In this document: in pieces, positions 36,162 to 48,899 of the stretch | Numbering within the stretch: position 1 is the stretch's first letter | Layout: every line of letters begins with the position of its first letter | From: Rhizodiscina lignyota | Lineage: Eukaryota | Assembly (NCBI GenBank): GCA_010015805.1 | Contig: ML978122.1 | Coordinates: forward strand, 1,460,453 to 1,524,452 | DNA: 64,000 nucleotides | Direction of reading: 5' to 3' | Notes under the pieces: model-generated | Database searches by the model: none | The model's input: the letters and a program-made list of their open reading frames with translations, nothing else | What the model was told of the DNA's origin: nothing | Made by a program: the position numbers and the translations under genes

Positions 36162-39114
36162 ATGGCTCCAGGCCGCGTCGACCCTCTGCCTCAAACTGAG
36201 GTCCTCTCGGCCAAGGCCCCGAAGAACCTCTTCCAACTCCTCACAAACGCAGCCCGCGAAGCTACTGGCCGCGGTCTCTCCTACTATGCTCCTAACAACG
36301 TAAAGAAAGTCAGCGCGACGACGACATATGCCGACCTCCTCCAAACCGCCACTAACAATGCGAAACTCCTCCACTCCACCACGGGCATCGCTCCAGGATG
36401 CACCGTTCTCCTTCACTTCGATAACCACAGGGACAACATCGAATGGATGTGGTCCGTTCTTGCCTGCGGTTTCCTTCCAGCGATCTCGACCCCTCTCAGC
36501 AACGATAATGACCAGCGCAAGCGCCACCTCATGCATCTTCACCGACTGTTGAAGAATCCAGTCGTTCTTACCAAGGAGTCCCTCGTCATGGACTTCGAGA
36601 CCGTCAACAACCTTAACATCCAGACTATTGAGTCTATCCGCACCCTGCAGCCGAAAGAGGATGAGACTCTCGCGGAGCAAGGCCTCTTCAAGGAGGAGGA
36701 TGAGACTGCTATGCTCATGCTTACTTCTGGCTCGACTGGCAACGCTAAGGGTGTCTGCCTCCGTCACGGCCAGATGCTCCGCGCGATTAAGGGCAAGAGC
36801 TTGTTGACCGGCACCACTCCTAACGATGTCTTCATCAACTGGATCGGTCTTGACCACGTTGCGAACTTGACGGAAACTCACCTCCACGCCATGAGCTTGG
36901 GCGCTGATCAAGTTCACGTCCAGGCCGCAGATATGCTTGCGGACCCCCTTTCCTTCCTGGACCTAGTCGACAGGCACCGGGCTATGTACTCTTTTGCTCC
37001 GAACTTCTTCATGGCCAGCCTCCGCAAGGCTCTTGACAACCCCGAGGAGGTTGGTTCCCGCAAGTGGGACCTTTCCTGCCTGACCTCTCTCATCTCTGGT
37101 GGTGAGGCCAATGTTGTTGAGACGGCCGACGCTCTCACCAAGCAGTTGCAGAAGTTTGGTGCTCCTAACAACTTCATCCGCCCCGGTTTCGGTATGACCG
37201 AGACCTGCGCTGGCTCCATCTACAGCAAGGACTGCCCTGCATACGATATCGAGAACAACTGGGAGTTTGCCTCCCTTGGATCCTGCATTCCGGGTCTTCA
37301 GATGCGTGTCATGCTCGACAATGGTCTCTCCGCGCCACCAAACGAAGTCGGTGGTCTTGAGCTCTACGGCCCAGTGCTCTTCAAGGAGTACTACAACAAC
37401 CCCTCTGCCACCAGAGACTCGTTCACCTCTGATGGATGGTTCATCACTGGTGACCGCGCCTTCATTGACAAGAAGGGCCACATGGTTCTCGCTGGCCGTG
37501 CCAAGGAGACCATCATCATCAACGGTGTCAAGTACTTCCCTCACGAAGTTGAGACGGCCATTGAGGAGGCCAACATCAAGGGTGCCACCCCATCCTTCAC
37601 TGCTGTGTTTCCTCACCGCCCCAAGGGCTCCCAGACTGAGGTCCTGTGCGTTACCTATCTCCCCACATTTGAGCAGGACGACATTGAGACTCGTGTCAAG
37701 ACTACCGACGAGATCACGAAGGTCACCATCCTTCAATGCGGTGTCAAGCCGTACAAAGTCATTCCTCTTGAGAAGAAGTTGCTGCCAAAGACCACTCTTG
37801 GCAAGCTTTCCCGCGCCAAGATCCGAAATGCCTTCGAGCAGCGCAAATACGACTCTTATGCCGAGGCCGATGAGAAGCTCATCAAGGACTTCCGCAGGGC
37901 TCGCGTTGAGAAGCCGAAGACTGACCTCGAGGGGTCCATTCTGGACTGCTTTGCCGACCTCTTCGAGGTTCCGGACGATGAGGTTGGCGTCAACACTTCT
38001 CTTTACGAGATGGGCGTCAGCTCCATTGAGATCATCAAGCTCGCCACTTTCATCCGCAGGAGGCTCAACTTGGATGAGGAGATTCCAGTCATCACGATCA
38101 TGACCAACCCCACGATCCGTGGATTGGCAAAGGCTATTGAGAAGATGCAGGGCCCCGCAGAGTACGAGCCGGTCGTCTGCCTGCAGCCAAAGGGCGACAA
38201 GGTTCCGCTCTTCCTCATCCACCCTGGTGTCGGCGAGATCCTTGTCTTCCTTAACTTGGCCAAATACATCACAGACCGCCCCGTGTACGCCATCCGTGCG
38301 AAGGGCTTTGACGGAGAACAGTACCACAAGGACATTCCGGAAATCGTGAAGTGCTACCACGACGGTATCAAGAAGGCTCAGCCTAAGGGTCCGTACGCTC
38401 TTGCAGGCTACTCATACGGTGCCATGTTGGCATTTGAGACTGGTAAGCTGCTCGAGGCTGGCGGTGACGAAATCAAGTTCCTTGGCAGCTTCAACCTGCC
38501 ACCTCACATCAAGGTATGCACCCCCTCACTCCGGTCCCGAAAATTGGGCCCGAGGGGGACTATTTGCTAACCAATACCAGATGAGAATGAGGCAGCTTGA
38601 CTGGATCGAGGTGTTCCTTAACCTTGCATACTTCCTTGGTACGCATCCAACCTAGATTGAAGGCAATGCATCGATGCTGACACATAGCGCAGACCTCATC
38701 TCTGATGACTACGCCCACGCCATCTCTCCTGACATGCACAAGCTGTCGCACAGCGACGTGCTTGACTTTGTCATCTCCAAGGCGCCGCCAGAACGCATGG
38801 AGGAGATGGCGTTGTCGAAGGAGAAGCTCGCCAACTGGACCTCCATCTCCCACTGGCTGCACTGCATCGCGCACCACTACGACCCATCCGGCTCCATCTC
38901 CTGCATCGACGTCTTCTACGCCATCCCTCTCCAGGCCGTGGCCAAGGACAAGAGGATGTGGCTCGACAACCACCTCAACAAGTGGAACGACTTTGTGCGC
39001 GAGGACGTGCGCTTCACCGAGGTCGACGGCGCCCACTACACCATGATGAGCCCGTCGCACGTCGGCTCGCTGCAGAAGAAGCTGAGGGACGCCATGGCTG
39101 CTCGCGGCATCTAA
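36162..39114 (+). CDS. NRPS-like A-T-TE enzyme (aryl alpha-keto-acid dimerising synthetase family: AtrA/TdiA/MicA/ApvA-like), 3 exons
   Basis: A domain MLTSGSTGNAKGV, WIGLDHVANL, GFGMTETCAG, DGWFITGD, LPKTTLGKLSR; T domain GVSSIEI; TE domain HPGVGEIL, GYSYG, SFNLPPH, GAHYTM; no condensation domain. Confidence 0.95.
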
Positions 39115-39547
39115 GCTGGAGTAGGTGCGCGTTTCTTGCTGGCCGTAATGGAACTTTGTGTATGCGAATGAGCGAATCCACATTGTACAATATGTTTCCA
39201 TTTGTATTCTCACATCTTTCGGCGCATTGTGGCTTGCGATTAGATTGCTGGGGTACATAGAAGAATAAAGATAGAACCTTTCTTTTCAAGAACAGTTGTC
39301 TGCGCCTATTCATCCTGCATTTATCGCTCATTGCGCAAATGAGATGTACGTGAATTGTTCAATTGAGTGAAATTACGTCGTAAAGAACCGAAAATCTAAT
39401 GCGACAGTCAGATCTGAGGATTACTGGTAGTGGTTGAAACTCGGATTTGGACCAAGTAAAAATATTTTACAAGGTCGAAAACCAGATTGAATGATTGATT
39501 ACATGGATGCTCAGAATATAAATGCAATGTTTCTTGGATATTGTTTC

Positions 39548-39802
39548 CAGTGTTCTGTGTTCAGAGTGTGTTCAGAGTGTGTTCAGTGTTCAGAATGTGT
39601 TCGGTGTTCAGAGTGTGTTCAGAGTGTGTTCAGAATATATTCGGTGTTTAGAGTGTGTTCAGAGTGTGTTCAGAGTTCGGAATGTGTTCGATATTCAGAA
39701 TGTATTCAGTGTTCAGAGTGTGTTGGATGTCCAGAGTATGTTCAGAATATGTATAGTGTGTTTAGAGCTGTGTTTAGAGCTGTTTGAAGTGTGTTTAGAG
39801 TG
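39548..39802. repeat. Degenerate minisatellite with approximately TTCAGAGTGTG units
   Basis: About 250 bp of variant TTCAG(A)GTGTG units visible directly. Confidence 0.9.
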
Positions 39803-41425
39803 CCGCATCTTGCGATAGATACAGTGCTTGGACGGCGGGTCTGGTGCTGCAAAAGACATTAAGCGTATATATTCAATGTTTAAACATCTCTTGGGGAAAA
39901 TAGGGCCTCTCGTCCGATCGACCGTACTCAACCCCCAAAGAGGGAGGCTAGTACCATGGCTGGGTGACCACATGGGAATCCCTCCTGTCGTATGTTTTTT
40001 TGTTCTCCTCCAGATAGTGTCTTTTGGTTTCTTTCCTTTCAATTTGGCCATCTTCGTGCACGAATGGGGATGGATGGCAGCGACATTGGTAACCCTGAGA
40101 CAAATTTTTTCGATGTCCCCTGTCTCGCCGCTGTCGGACTTCCCAGCACACGCAGACTCCTTGCTTTCTCCTCTTTCTCACAAGCAGTTTACTGCAGACG
40201 TGCCCTTCGACCATTCGTGCGAATGGAGAACGAGGTCGGTCTTCCTGCTTTTGGCGTAATTCGAAACTGGACCTTGCAGATGTTCCCGTCCTCTTCATCA
40301 CCGCTCCCGATGGGCCCTTTCGCGCTTCTCTTCCATGTCGATAGGCTTGTCCTTCCAGATCTTCGGTCTATGAGCAATGCAGTCCGACCAGATGCAATGA
40401 ACAGCAGACGGAATTAAGTATCATGACCGATATCTCTACATTTCGATAACCTGATCTCCATCACGCGTCGTTCGAGATGTCGCGCGCTCACATAGAGTGC
40501 GGAATCTTCTCCGACACCTCAGAGCTCTATCGTTCATGGCGCGCGCTGCTCCCCTTTTGGCCGGATACAACGTAGAGCCCCTCTTGAGCTTCAATCCTTT
40601 CTCGGCTTGAAGGAGGAAGCGTCCAATGGCTACTCTAACTAATGAGCCATCTAGCAGTGCAGCATGCCGCTAGGTTTGAATTAGATGCCATTCTGACAGC
40701 TTCTGACAGCTCCCCGCAATGAAGCTTTGCGATGAAACCTTGCGTCTGCAGATCCAACCATTAAACTCTCAGGCCACCGGAAACGATCTGGACTCGGGCC
40801 AGCCGCCAGCCGCTCGCACAGCTACGCTATCCTATCAATTGCACTAGATTTGCTTTCTGAATGCTCCTAAGCGTTGCATGAGTCAAGATCGGGCGCAGCC
40901 GCCACGCACGCCATCCCCCGTCGGACAGGTGGAGTGATACCACGATCCGATGACGAGTCCTCATGTACCGGCCGAGCTCTCCACATGGTTCGACCAACAC
41001 GACATCTAGGCTCCACCAAACCTTATCGCCAATGCTGTGCACATGCTCTCACAATATTCATGATTCCGCCAGGCCGGCGTTTCCGGTCGCGAGAGGACCA
41101 ATTAGAGGCACTGGATGAAGCACCGAGAGCGACACACACACTTCTGGAGTAATGGCACCTCCGGTGATAATGGACACTATCAGGGTTGCCGTTCCTACAT
41201 GAAAGATCCGATGCGGGGCCCAGAAGGGCCCTGACGTAGTCTTCAAATTTTTTGACAGTGTAAACACGAGACCTCTGCCTACTATAAGTGCTTGTGTCCC
41301 TTTTCTGGTTTTCCTTCAACTCAATTGAATCCATCCTAACTTCGAATCCTCCACCTCTCCTCTCCCAACAAACAATTCTGGTATATCCAGCTCTACTCGC
41401 ATATCACAGCAGATACAACAGCATC

Positions 41426-42591
41426 ATGGCACAGAACATTCCCAAGAAGCAGATGGCCCAGGTCATTGAGAAGACCGGCGGCCCAGTTCAGTTCAAAGAA
41501 ATCGACGTCCAGCAACCTGGCCCAGATGAAGTCCTCGTCAACGTCAAATACAGCGGCGTGTGCCACACAGATCTCCACGCAGTAAACGGCGACTGGCCGC
41601 TACCTACGAAGCTCCCCCTTGTCGGTGGTCACGAGGGCGCAGGTGTCGTAGTTGCAAGGGGTGAGCTTGTCAACGAGATTGAGATTGGCGACCATGTCGG
41701 TATCAAGGTAGCTTTCAATTATTCTGGTTGGAATACTCCCGGAATCCTGACATCAGTTGCAGTGGATAAACGGAACATGCTTGGCATGTGACTTCTGCCA
41801 GCAATCCGACGAGCCTCTCTGCGCAAAAGCTCTCCTTTCTGGCTACACAGTAGACGGCTCATTCCAACAATACGCCATCGCCAAGGCCGCACACGTCGCT
41901 CGCTTGCACAAGGACATCCCGCTCGATGCGGTAGCGCCAGTCCTATGCGCAGGTATCACCGTCTACAAGGGCCTGAAGGAGTCCGGTGTGCGGCCTGGCC
42001 AAACTGTGGCCATCGTCGGTGCTGGTGGCGGTCTCGGAAGCTTGGCCCTGCAGTACGCAAAGGCTATGGGCCTACGATCGATTGCCATTGATACCGGCGA
42101 CGAGAAGAAAGATATGTGCGTTAATCAGTTGGGCGCTAGCGCCTTCGTCGATTTCGCAGCAAGCAAGAACATCGTCAAGGATGTGCAGGCGGCGACTGAG
42201 GATGGTCTGGGCCCGCACGCCGTCATTCTTGTCGCTGTGAGCGAGAAGCCCTTCCAACAAGCTGCTGAGGTAAGCGATCAATTCGGTTTTCAACACGAAT
42301 CAGGCTAATGTGTTGCAGTACGTTCGCCCAAGAGGAACTGTGGTGTGCATAGGTCTTCCAGCTGGCGCATACCTGAAGGCACCAGTTTTCGAGTCAGTCA
42401 TCAAGATGGTCACCATCAGGGGCTCGTACGTCGGCAACAGGAGAGACAGTGCAGAGGCACTCGACTTCTTCCGCCGTGGACTAATCAAGGCCCCGTTCAA
42501 GGTCGTCGGCTTGTCGGAACTGCAGAGCGTGTACGACTTGATGCACAAGGGACAGATTGCGGGACGATATGTGCTGGACACCAGCAAGTAA
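41426..42591 (+). CDS. adh1: Zinc-dependent alcohol dehydrogenase (ADH1/AlcA-type MDR), 3 exons
   Basis: [19 protein letters not shown], structural Zn cysteines CLACDFC...[31 protein letters not shown]. Confidence 0.95.
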
Positions 42592-43104
42592 AAGTTTTGA
42601 GACCTTTCAGCGATTCAGTGTAAATGTATATATTCAATCAATAGGACACTTATGAAACTTGCCAAAGTACGAAGGTAAAGGATGTGATGGATCACTTCGT
42701 GCTCTTTTTCTTCATTCGAGGCCAATGCCATTGTGTATATAAACCACCTCTCCGCATCGAGATTCCTTTCTCACTCACCGTTTTACGCCGTGATCTACAA
42801 ACTGTATTCACTTTAACATTGCTGTTCTTTTCACTTCGCCAGCAAATAGAGTTATTGCGATTACAGAATTTCCACTGATTCTGTGCCTATCTTGCAATTC
42901 TCAGACATTCCTAATTTCAGCTTTCTGAGGTTCCAGTATACACAATAGCTCTGCAGCTTTCGCCTCTCTTCCGTATAGACCACAACATATATACAGCCGT
43001 TAAACATCGCACAATGTAATGAAATACATCATCCCGAACCTCCCAAGTGTCTTTCAAATCACCACCCTTCCCGCCTCGACACTAGCATGCTCTCCCCAAC
43101 CCAC

Positions 43105-43815
43105 TTAATCCTCCCAAACCGACTGCTTAGCCTTCTGCTTCTCCTCCTCCGCCCTCTTGACCTCCTCCTTCTCCTTCTCCCTCCTCTTCCGCTCCGCCTC
43201 TCGCGCCACCCGATCGTACTCCCTCTCCGCCTCCGTCCGCCTCGGCGCCTTGACGCCCAGCCCCGCCGCAATCAGCCGCGACGCCGTCGCCATCGTCTTG
43301 TCCGGCCTGCGGTCCGGCCGCGCGGGTGTCGAGCGTCCCGAAGCAGTCGGGCTGCCGGTCGCGGGGCTCCGCGCCGATACTGAGCGGCTCGGTGGCTGGG
43401 CGGAGGGTGTGCTGGGCGTGGAGTTGGTGGAGGTGGTCTGGGCGAGGTGCGGGAAGCGCTCGTGCGAGTCGAGGTCGGAGTAGGAGAAGGTGTGGGCGGA
43501 GGGCGAGGCGGGCGTTGGTGGTGGTGGGTGCGGGTCGAAGTTGGTGGAGTGTCGGGAGAGGCCGATGACGGGCGAGCTGTCTTCTGAGGTCTCGGTGGAT
43601 GGGTCGTTGGTTGGTGTCGTGGCATCGTGGTCCGCTTCGTCTTCCCAGGAGTCTGCTACGTCGGCAGGCTTGGACTTGGCCTTTGCCTTGGGGATGGCGG
43701 TGGGCGCGGTGCTGATGTGGAGGTTGGAGAGGTTGGAGGGGAGATCTGGAGGACGTTAGATCGTGGGTTCGAGGTGCCATTTGATGTACGCTGTACCTTT
43801 TGTAGTAGAGCCCAT
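43105..43815 (-). CDS. Hypothetical protein, disordered S/T/P-rich N-terminus with a charged coiled-coil C-terminus
   Basis: MGSTTK-intron-DLPSNLSNLHIS...VADSWEDE...RRPDKTMATASRLIAAGLGVKAPRRTEAEREYDR...VWED*; start exon tentative. Confidence 0.7.
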
Positions 43816-44561
43816 AGCTTCTGGAGTGGAGGTTGAGGACTCAAGGAGAGTTACACGCGATCAATCACTGAAAGGGCATAGATCAAAGTACAGCGTATCA
43901 AGTAAGGGGCAGACCTCTTCGATTTATACAGGAGACGATGCACATCGATGACGGTGGAAAGGGTGAGGGCGGCGGCAAGAGCATTGTGAGCGTGCGTGCG
44001 GCTGACGTCTAGCAGAGCCAAATGAAAGCCGGCGCGTCAATTGCGGGGAATGCGAAATCTGGTGCGAAATCTGGGGAAGGGCGGGACGGAGACTGCAGCT
44101 GAAGCAAATCGCTTTTACAGGGGCAAGACACGCTCTGCTTGGTCGAGATGTCGTCGAAAGAATGCAGGCTACAAGGTGGGACGAAATGCGCGCGCACATT
44201 GTTTGTCTTTTACTCCGAGCATTACTTTGCAGCGCTTCACTTTGCTGGGCAGTGAGCGTGAAGACAGGTACCAAGTACCGGCAGCCACCGACACACGCCG
44301 ATTTCGGGAGGCTTGCTCGCCCAGGACCGCGGCGACCGCTGTTTTGCAGTAGCAAAACCCTGTCTATTTCCGGCTCTCCAGCGACCATGTCTCCGCTGCC
44401 GGACTGGCCAATAAGGTATATATCGAGCCGGCTTCAAAGCCGCCGTGGAAGCAGATGGAGAGCATCAAGATCATATTTTAGCATTTAGGATAGACGCAGG
44501 CGTTCAATTGGCTCCCATAGACCATCCCCTCATCTACTTTCTCATGTCTTGACTCTCCAAC

Positions 44562-46804
44562 ATGTTGTCCAATCGCTGCGTCCGGTTATCTACTTTCCGT
44601 AAAGCGTCTCATTCATATCAGCATGTAGCTCGCGCTGCATTCTCGTCAACATCTCCATGTCAGAGCTACGATGATACTATCGGTAACCTCAAGATTGGTA
44701 AAGACACCCGCGTCATCTTCCAGGGCTTCACGGGCCGACAGGCCACGGCGAACGCGCAAGAGTCGATAGCATGGGGCACCAAGATTGTGGGCGGTGTTCG
44801 TCCGGGCAAAAGTGGCGAGCATCTGGGCCTGCCAGTCCTGCCCACGGTAAAGGCAGCGATGGACGAGTTGAAACCAGATGCAACTGGCATCTACGTTGCC
44901 GCTCATCAGGCCGTGGGTGCGATTGAGGAAGCAATAGAAGCGGAGATTCCACTGATTGTGGTTGTTGCGGAACATATTCCTCTTCACGACATGTTGAGAG
45001 TACGCTCAAGGACGCTCCTACATGGGAATATGGAATTGACATATCCTAGGTTCACTCGATCCTGAAAACTCAATCAAAAAGCCGGCTCGTGGGAGCAAAC
45101 GCTCCCGGAATCATATCATCCATCGGCCATTGTCGTATCGGCTTCCAGCCCCTCCCATGCTTTCTGGAAGGTCACGTGGGCGTCGTTGCGAAGTCTGGCA
45201 CTCTGAGTTATGAGACTGTTGGAGGGCTTACCCGAGCTGGTGTGGGCCAATCACTCGTCATCTCAGTGGGCGGCGACGTTATAGCTGGCACTGACTTTGT
45301 GGATGCGTTGAAACTCTTCGAGAACGACGACGAGACGCAAGGCATCATCATGTGTGGTGAACTCGGAGGAAGGGCCGAAGAGGAAGCAGCTGCGTGGATA
45401 AAGGACTACCACAAGCGAACAAAGGATCCCAAGTATGATGCTGTCTTTCTAGCGTTTTATCCATCTACTGACGATGACCAGACCAATTGCCGCACTTATT
45501 GGAGGCATCCATGCTCGCCCACGCACTGTTATGGGTCACGCTGGTGCGTGGTCAGCTCCTGGCGAATCATCAGCAGCACAGAAGTACAAGATACTGGAGG
45601 ACGCTGGCGTGACCATGGTGAACCATCCTGCGAAATTTGGTAATGTTATGAAAGGCCTACTTGCAAACAGCGGACGGCTTGTTGACACCCCAGTATGTGG
45701 CCATTGTCATCCGTCCCCAAGACTTATCATGCTTACTCAATACAGCAAAAATCGGCCGCATCTCAAAGTCGTGGTTTCCACACGCTTCGACGACTCCCAC
45801 GATCGTCGCCAACTTCTACCCAATCCCAACAAAGACGTGGCCTCCATCTTCGAGCAGATCAAGCGACAGCATTGCTTGCCAAATCAGGCTTCACCGTCAC
45901 CCCATCTCCCTCAACGCCGATATCAGAATCTCGCCTTCTCTCCATGACCGTCGACCGCTCGGCTCGCTCACCATGCATCATCGCCTCGCCAACCGCAAAT
46001 CCAGACACGATCTACCAGCGCTCCCGCCACTTCCCCTTCGACTACCGAAATGGTCCAACACAGTCTGAAATGAGTGCAATCCTCGCTCATGCCGAGCTTG
46101 ACGCCGTACCTCCCGCCGTAAAAGCCCAAGCAGCGAATCTCATCCTCAAGCTCTTCGACCTCTTCAAGGCAGAAGAAGGGGTGGCACTTACCGTGAACGT
46201 CGCCGTGTCTCCGTCCGGCGACGGGATCGAAATCTTCAACCCAGACTTCAGCTTCGACGACGCCGCTTTCCGCTCTACGAAGCGTCATCCAGAGCTGCAT
46301 GCGATGCGTGACCTCAGCGTCGAGGACCCGGTGGAGGTGTCCGCCGAACAGCATGGTATAGTATACTGGAAGCTCTCAACTCCAGACGACAAGAGCGCCA
46401 ACGTCGGCACGCTGGTCAATGGCGCGGGGCTCGCGATGAACACCGTCGACGCGCTCGCCGACCTCGGCGGGAAAGCGGCCAACTTCCTCGACACGGGCGG
46501 CAAGGCGACGAGCGAGACGGTGAAGCAGTCGTTCGAGCTCATCCTGCAGGATCCGCGCGTGAAGGTCATCTTTGTGAACATTTTTGGCGGCCTGACGCTG
46601 GGAGATATGATCGCGCGCGGCGTGGTGCTGGCGTTCAAGGAGCTGAACATGCCCGTGCCGGTGGTCGTGCGAATCCGTGGCACGAACGAGAAGGAGGGCC
46701 AGAAGATAATTGCGGAGAGCGGGTTGGATTTGTTTGCGTTTGATGATTTTGAGGACGCGGCGAGGAAGGTTATGGAGTTGGCTGAGAAGGGCATGAAAGG
46801 CTGA
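44562..46804 (+). CDS. Succinyl-CoA synthetase-like alpha-beta fusion protein, 4 exons
   Basis: Alpha-like part: RVIFQGFTGRQA, GANAPGII, AKSGTLSYE, MGHAGA (phospho-His motif). An in-frame intron (45693-45745) joins it to a beta-like part: GTLVNGAGLAMNTVD, ANFLDTGG, FVNIFGG, VVRIRGTNE. Confidence 0.88.
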
Positions 46805-47283
46805 CGTAGAGAGAAAGATGAAGTTTGTAGTAAACAGACCGATATTAGGTCCCATAAAGGAGATTTCGGGACATTGCATATAGATAGAAAAACAGGTCAC
46901 ACTTCCAATGGGAACTTGCAGGACTAAGGCTTTTGGATTAGCTGAGCTTAGCATATCATTTCACCGCAGTCGCGAGATGTGCCTCTCTAACACCTCCCGT
47001 CGAACCCTCACGCCTCAGAGCACCGAAGAATTTTGAAAGCCAAGCCAGTCACTCCCCGCCCAGTTTCGCAAAATGCAACAAACACCGGTATCCTTTGGAT
47101 GCCCCACACCGCCAAGTGAACCTCAGTACCACCCACGCTGTTTGAGGATCGAAAGGGAAGAAAAAATCACAGTGACCGTTGCTACCTCTGAAGGCAGCGC
47201 TGGTCACCTGCTGTTCGAAATGATCTGAGTCATAATATTCGTGGCGGTCGTGTCTTGCCGTAGGGTGGGTTTTGCTCGCCACT

Positions 47284-47651
47284 TCAGTATGGGCCGCCGC
47301 CGACTTGTTCTTGGTGGACTTCGAGCGTGTCGCCGTCCGTCATCTCGAGCTATTCACATCCGCTATTGTTAGAAACAAAACACTTGAGGTGGCGCTGTGC
47401 GCGTGCAGACATACCGTGTCGGGCGTGTCGTTGGGCTGGACCCTCTGGCCGTCGAACAGAAACCGCACGGCCGTTGGCGACTTGCCCTGGCGCTCGCAGA
47501 AGGCGTCCATCAGCTTCTTCAGAGCGGTGGACCGCTTGATCTTGAAGAAGACCTCGTTGTTGTTGTCCGTGACCTTGATGTTCAGGTGTTCGCTGGCCTG
47601 GGGAGTGACATCGCCAGCTGGGCCGCCCGGAGTGTGATCTGCGTCGGACAT
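47284..47651 (-). CDS. SMT3: SUMO (small ubiquitin-like modifier), 2 exons
   Basis: EHLNIKVTDNNNEVFFKIKRSTALKKLMDAFCERQG...RFLFDGQRV...TPDT-LEMTDGDTLEVHQEQVGG-GPY*. Confidence 0.96.
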
Positions 47652-48434
47652 TTTGGAGTGTCTACGCTTGAGAACGGTTTGGGGAAGTTGAATGGGGTTC
47701 TGGTCGCAGATGGAAGGGGGCGCGCTTGATAGAGTGTTAGCTCGGGCGATTGTCAAGGTGTTGAGGTTGTCGACAGAGGAAGAAAGGAAAGAGAGAGAGG
47801 CTCACCCAGAAGGAAGAACTGCACCAGTCCTCTCTCTACGGAGTTAAGCGGCGGCGCAAGGATGCTAAGCAGCACTTTTGGGAGCAAGTTTGCGTGAGGC
47901 TGTGAGTCAAGGTGCTCGCGATCGCGTGGTGGTGAGGTGGAAACGAGAGAATAGAGGGTGGTCGCGGTATTTATAGGCGCGCGATTGGTGGGGGTTGTTG
48001 TAGTGGGCTGGCGTGTGAAGCCGTGAACGATGGGATGGAGCGTCGTGCCCGCCGGGTAAGGTACAAGCGAAAATCTCCTGCGTCTGCGTCACTCCTGGCC
48101 ATTTGCGACGCCACAATTGTTGCATGCCTTATTTGACGGGCTCGCGCGGGAGTTTGCATATATTTCACCTTGGACTCTTTCATGCTCTACGGGTCTCTGC
48201 AGCCACACAGCCGCGAGACTGTTGTAGACGCTTCTTTTGGCTCTTCGACCTGCGAATACGCTACCGTGACGTCTTTCCTGTCACGCCCTCGTAGAAGCTG
48301 CCAGACTCTTACGCTACATACACCATACACCGGCTTGAGCCCAGCCCACTAGGCGACTTATAAAGCGAGCTTATCCAATCCAATCATTTAAACGCCTATA
48401 TACGAAAAGGGACACCTCAAAGACCTCTCTCGCG

Positions 48435-48899
48435 ATGGTAAGTCCACTTGTTCCGCCACTGCAAAATATAGCAACTGAAGAAAAAGCAGCCCGATTTGGA
48501 GAAGGACTTAAAGACGGATCCCCCTTGTCATCCTAGGGCTTGTGCTATTCAAGGTAAACATTGCCTCATCCCTTCAGTGCAAACCTCTCATGTGGCACGC
48601 ACAGATTGTTTGGCAGCCAACCAATATAAGGAGGAAAAGTGTCAGAAACAGGTATGACATAGAATACCTTCCGGTCAAGAGACTGGTGGCTGAATTCCAT
48701 CCAGGTTGATGACCTGTACGCATGTTGCAACGTTTTCTATCAGCGAAATGGGGATGATGCGAGCACCGCGAGCTGCCCGAAAGCGAACCTGCTGAGGTAT
48801 GTCGAAAGTTCTGAGCTGTGCCTGCGTTCCCATCTTCACATATGTTTTGACGATTATATCAGGTTGAAGATGAAACAGAGAAGTGAGGGTCAGAAGTAG
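48435..48899 (+). CDS. CMC4: Small twin-Cx9C mitochondrial intermembrane-space protein (CMC4/MTCP1-like), 5 exons; absent from the ORF track
   Basis: Spliced M-PDLEKDLKTDPPCHPRACAIQ-DCLAANQYKEEKCQKQ-VDDLYACCNVFYQRNGDDASTASCPKANLLR-LKMKQRSEGQK*, with canonical introns. Confidence 0.85.

Noticed and set aside
36963..38360. 465-aa antisense ORF overlapping the NRPS-like gene (and similar shadow ORFs elsewhere)
   Set aside because: Explained by strong C-ending codon bias on the sense strand; no recognisable motifs.
39491..39818. Cys-rich ORFs (CSECV repeats) resembling metallothionein
   Set aside because: They are translations of the minisatellite in different frames, not a coherent gene.
43127..43780. 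217-aa ORF-track translation as the real protein
   Set aside because: Its ATG lies inside a predicted intron; the credible reading frame is the one ending ...KQSVWED at 43105.
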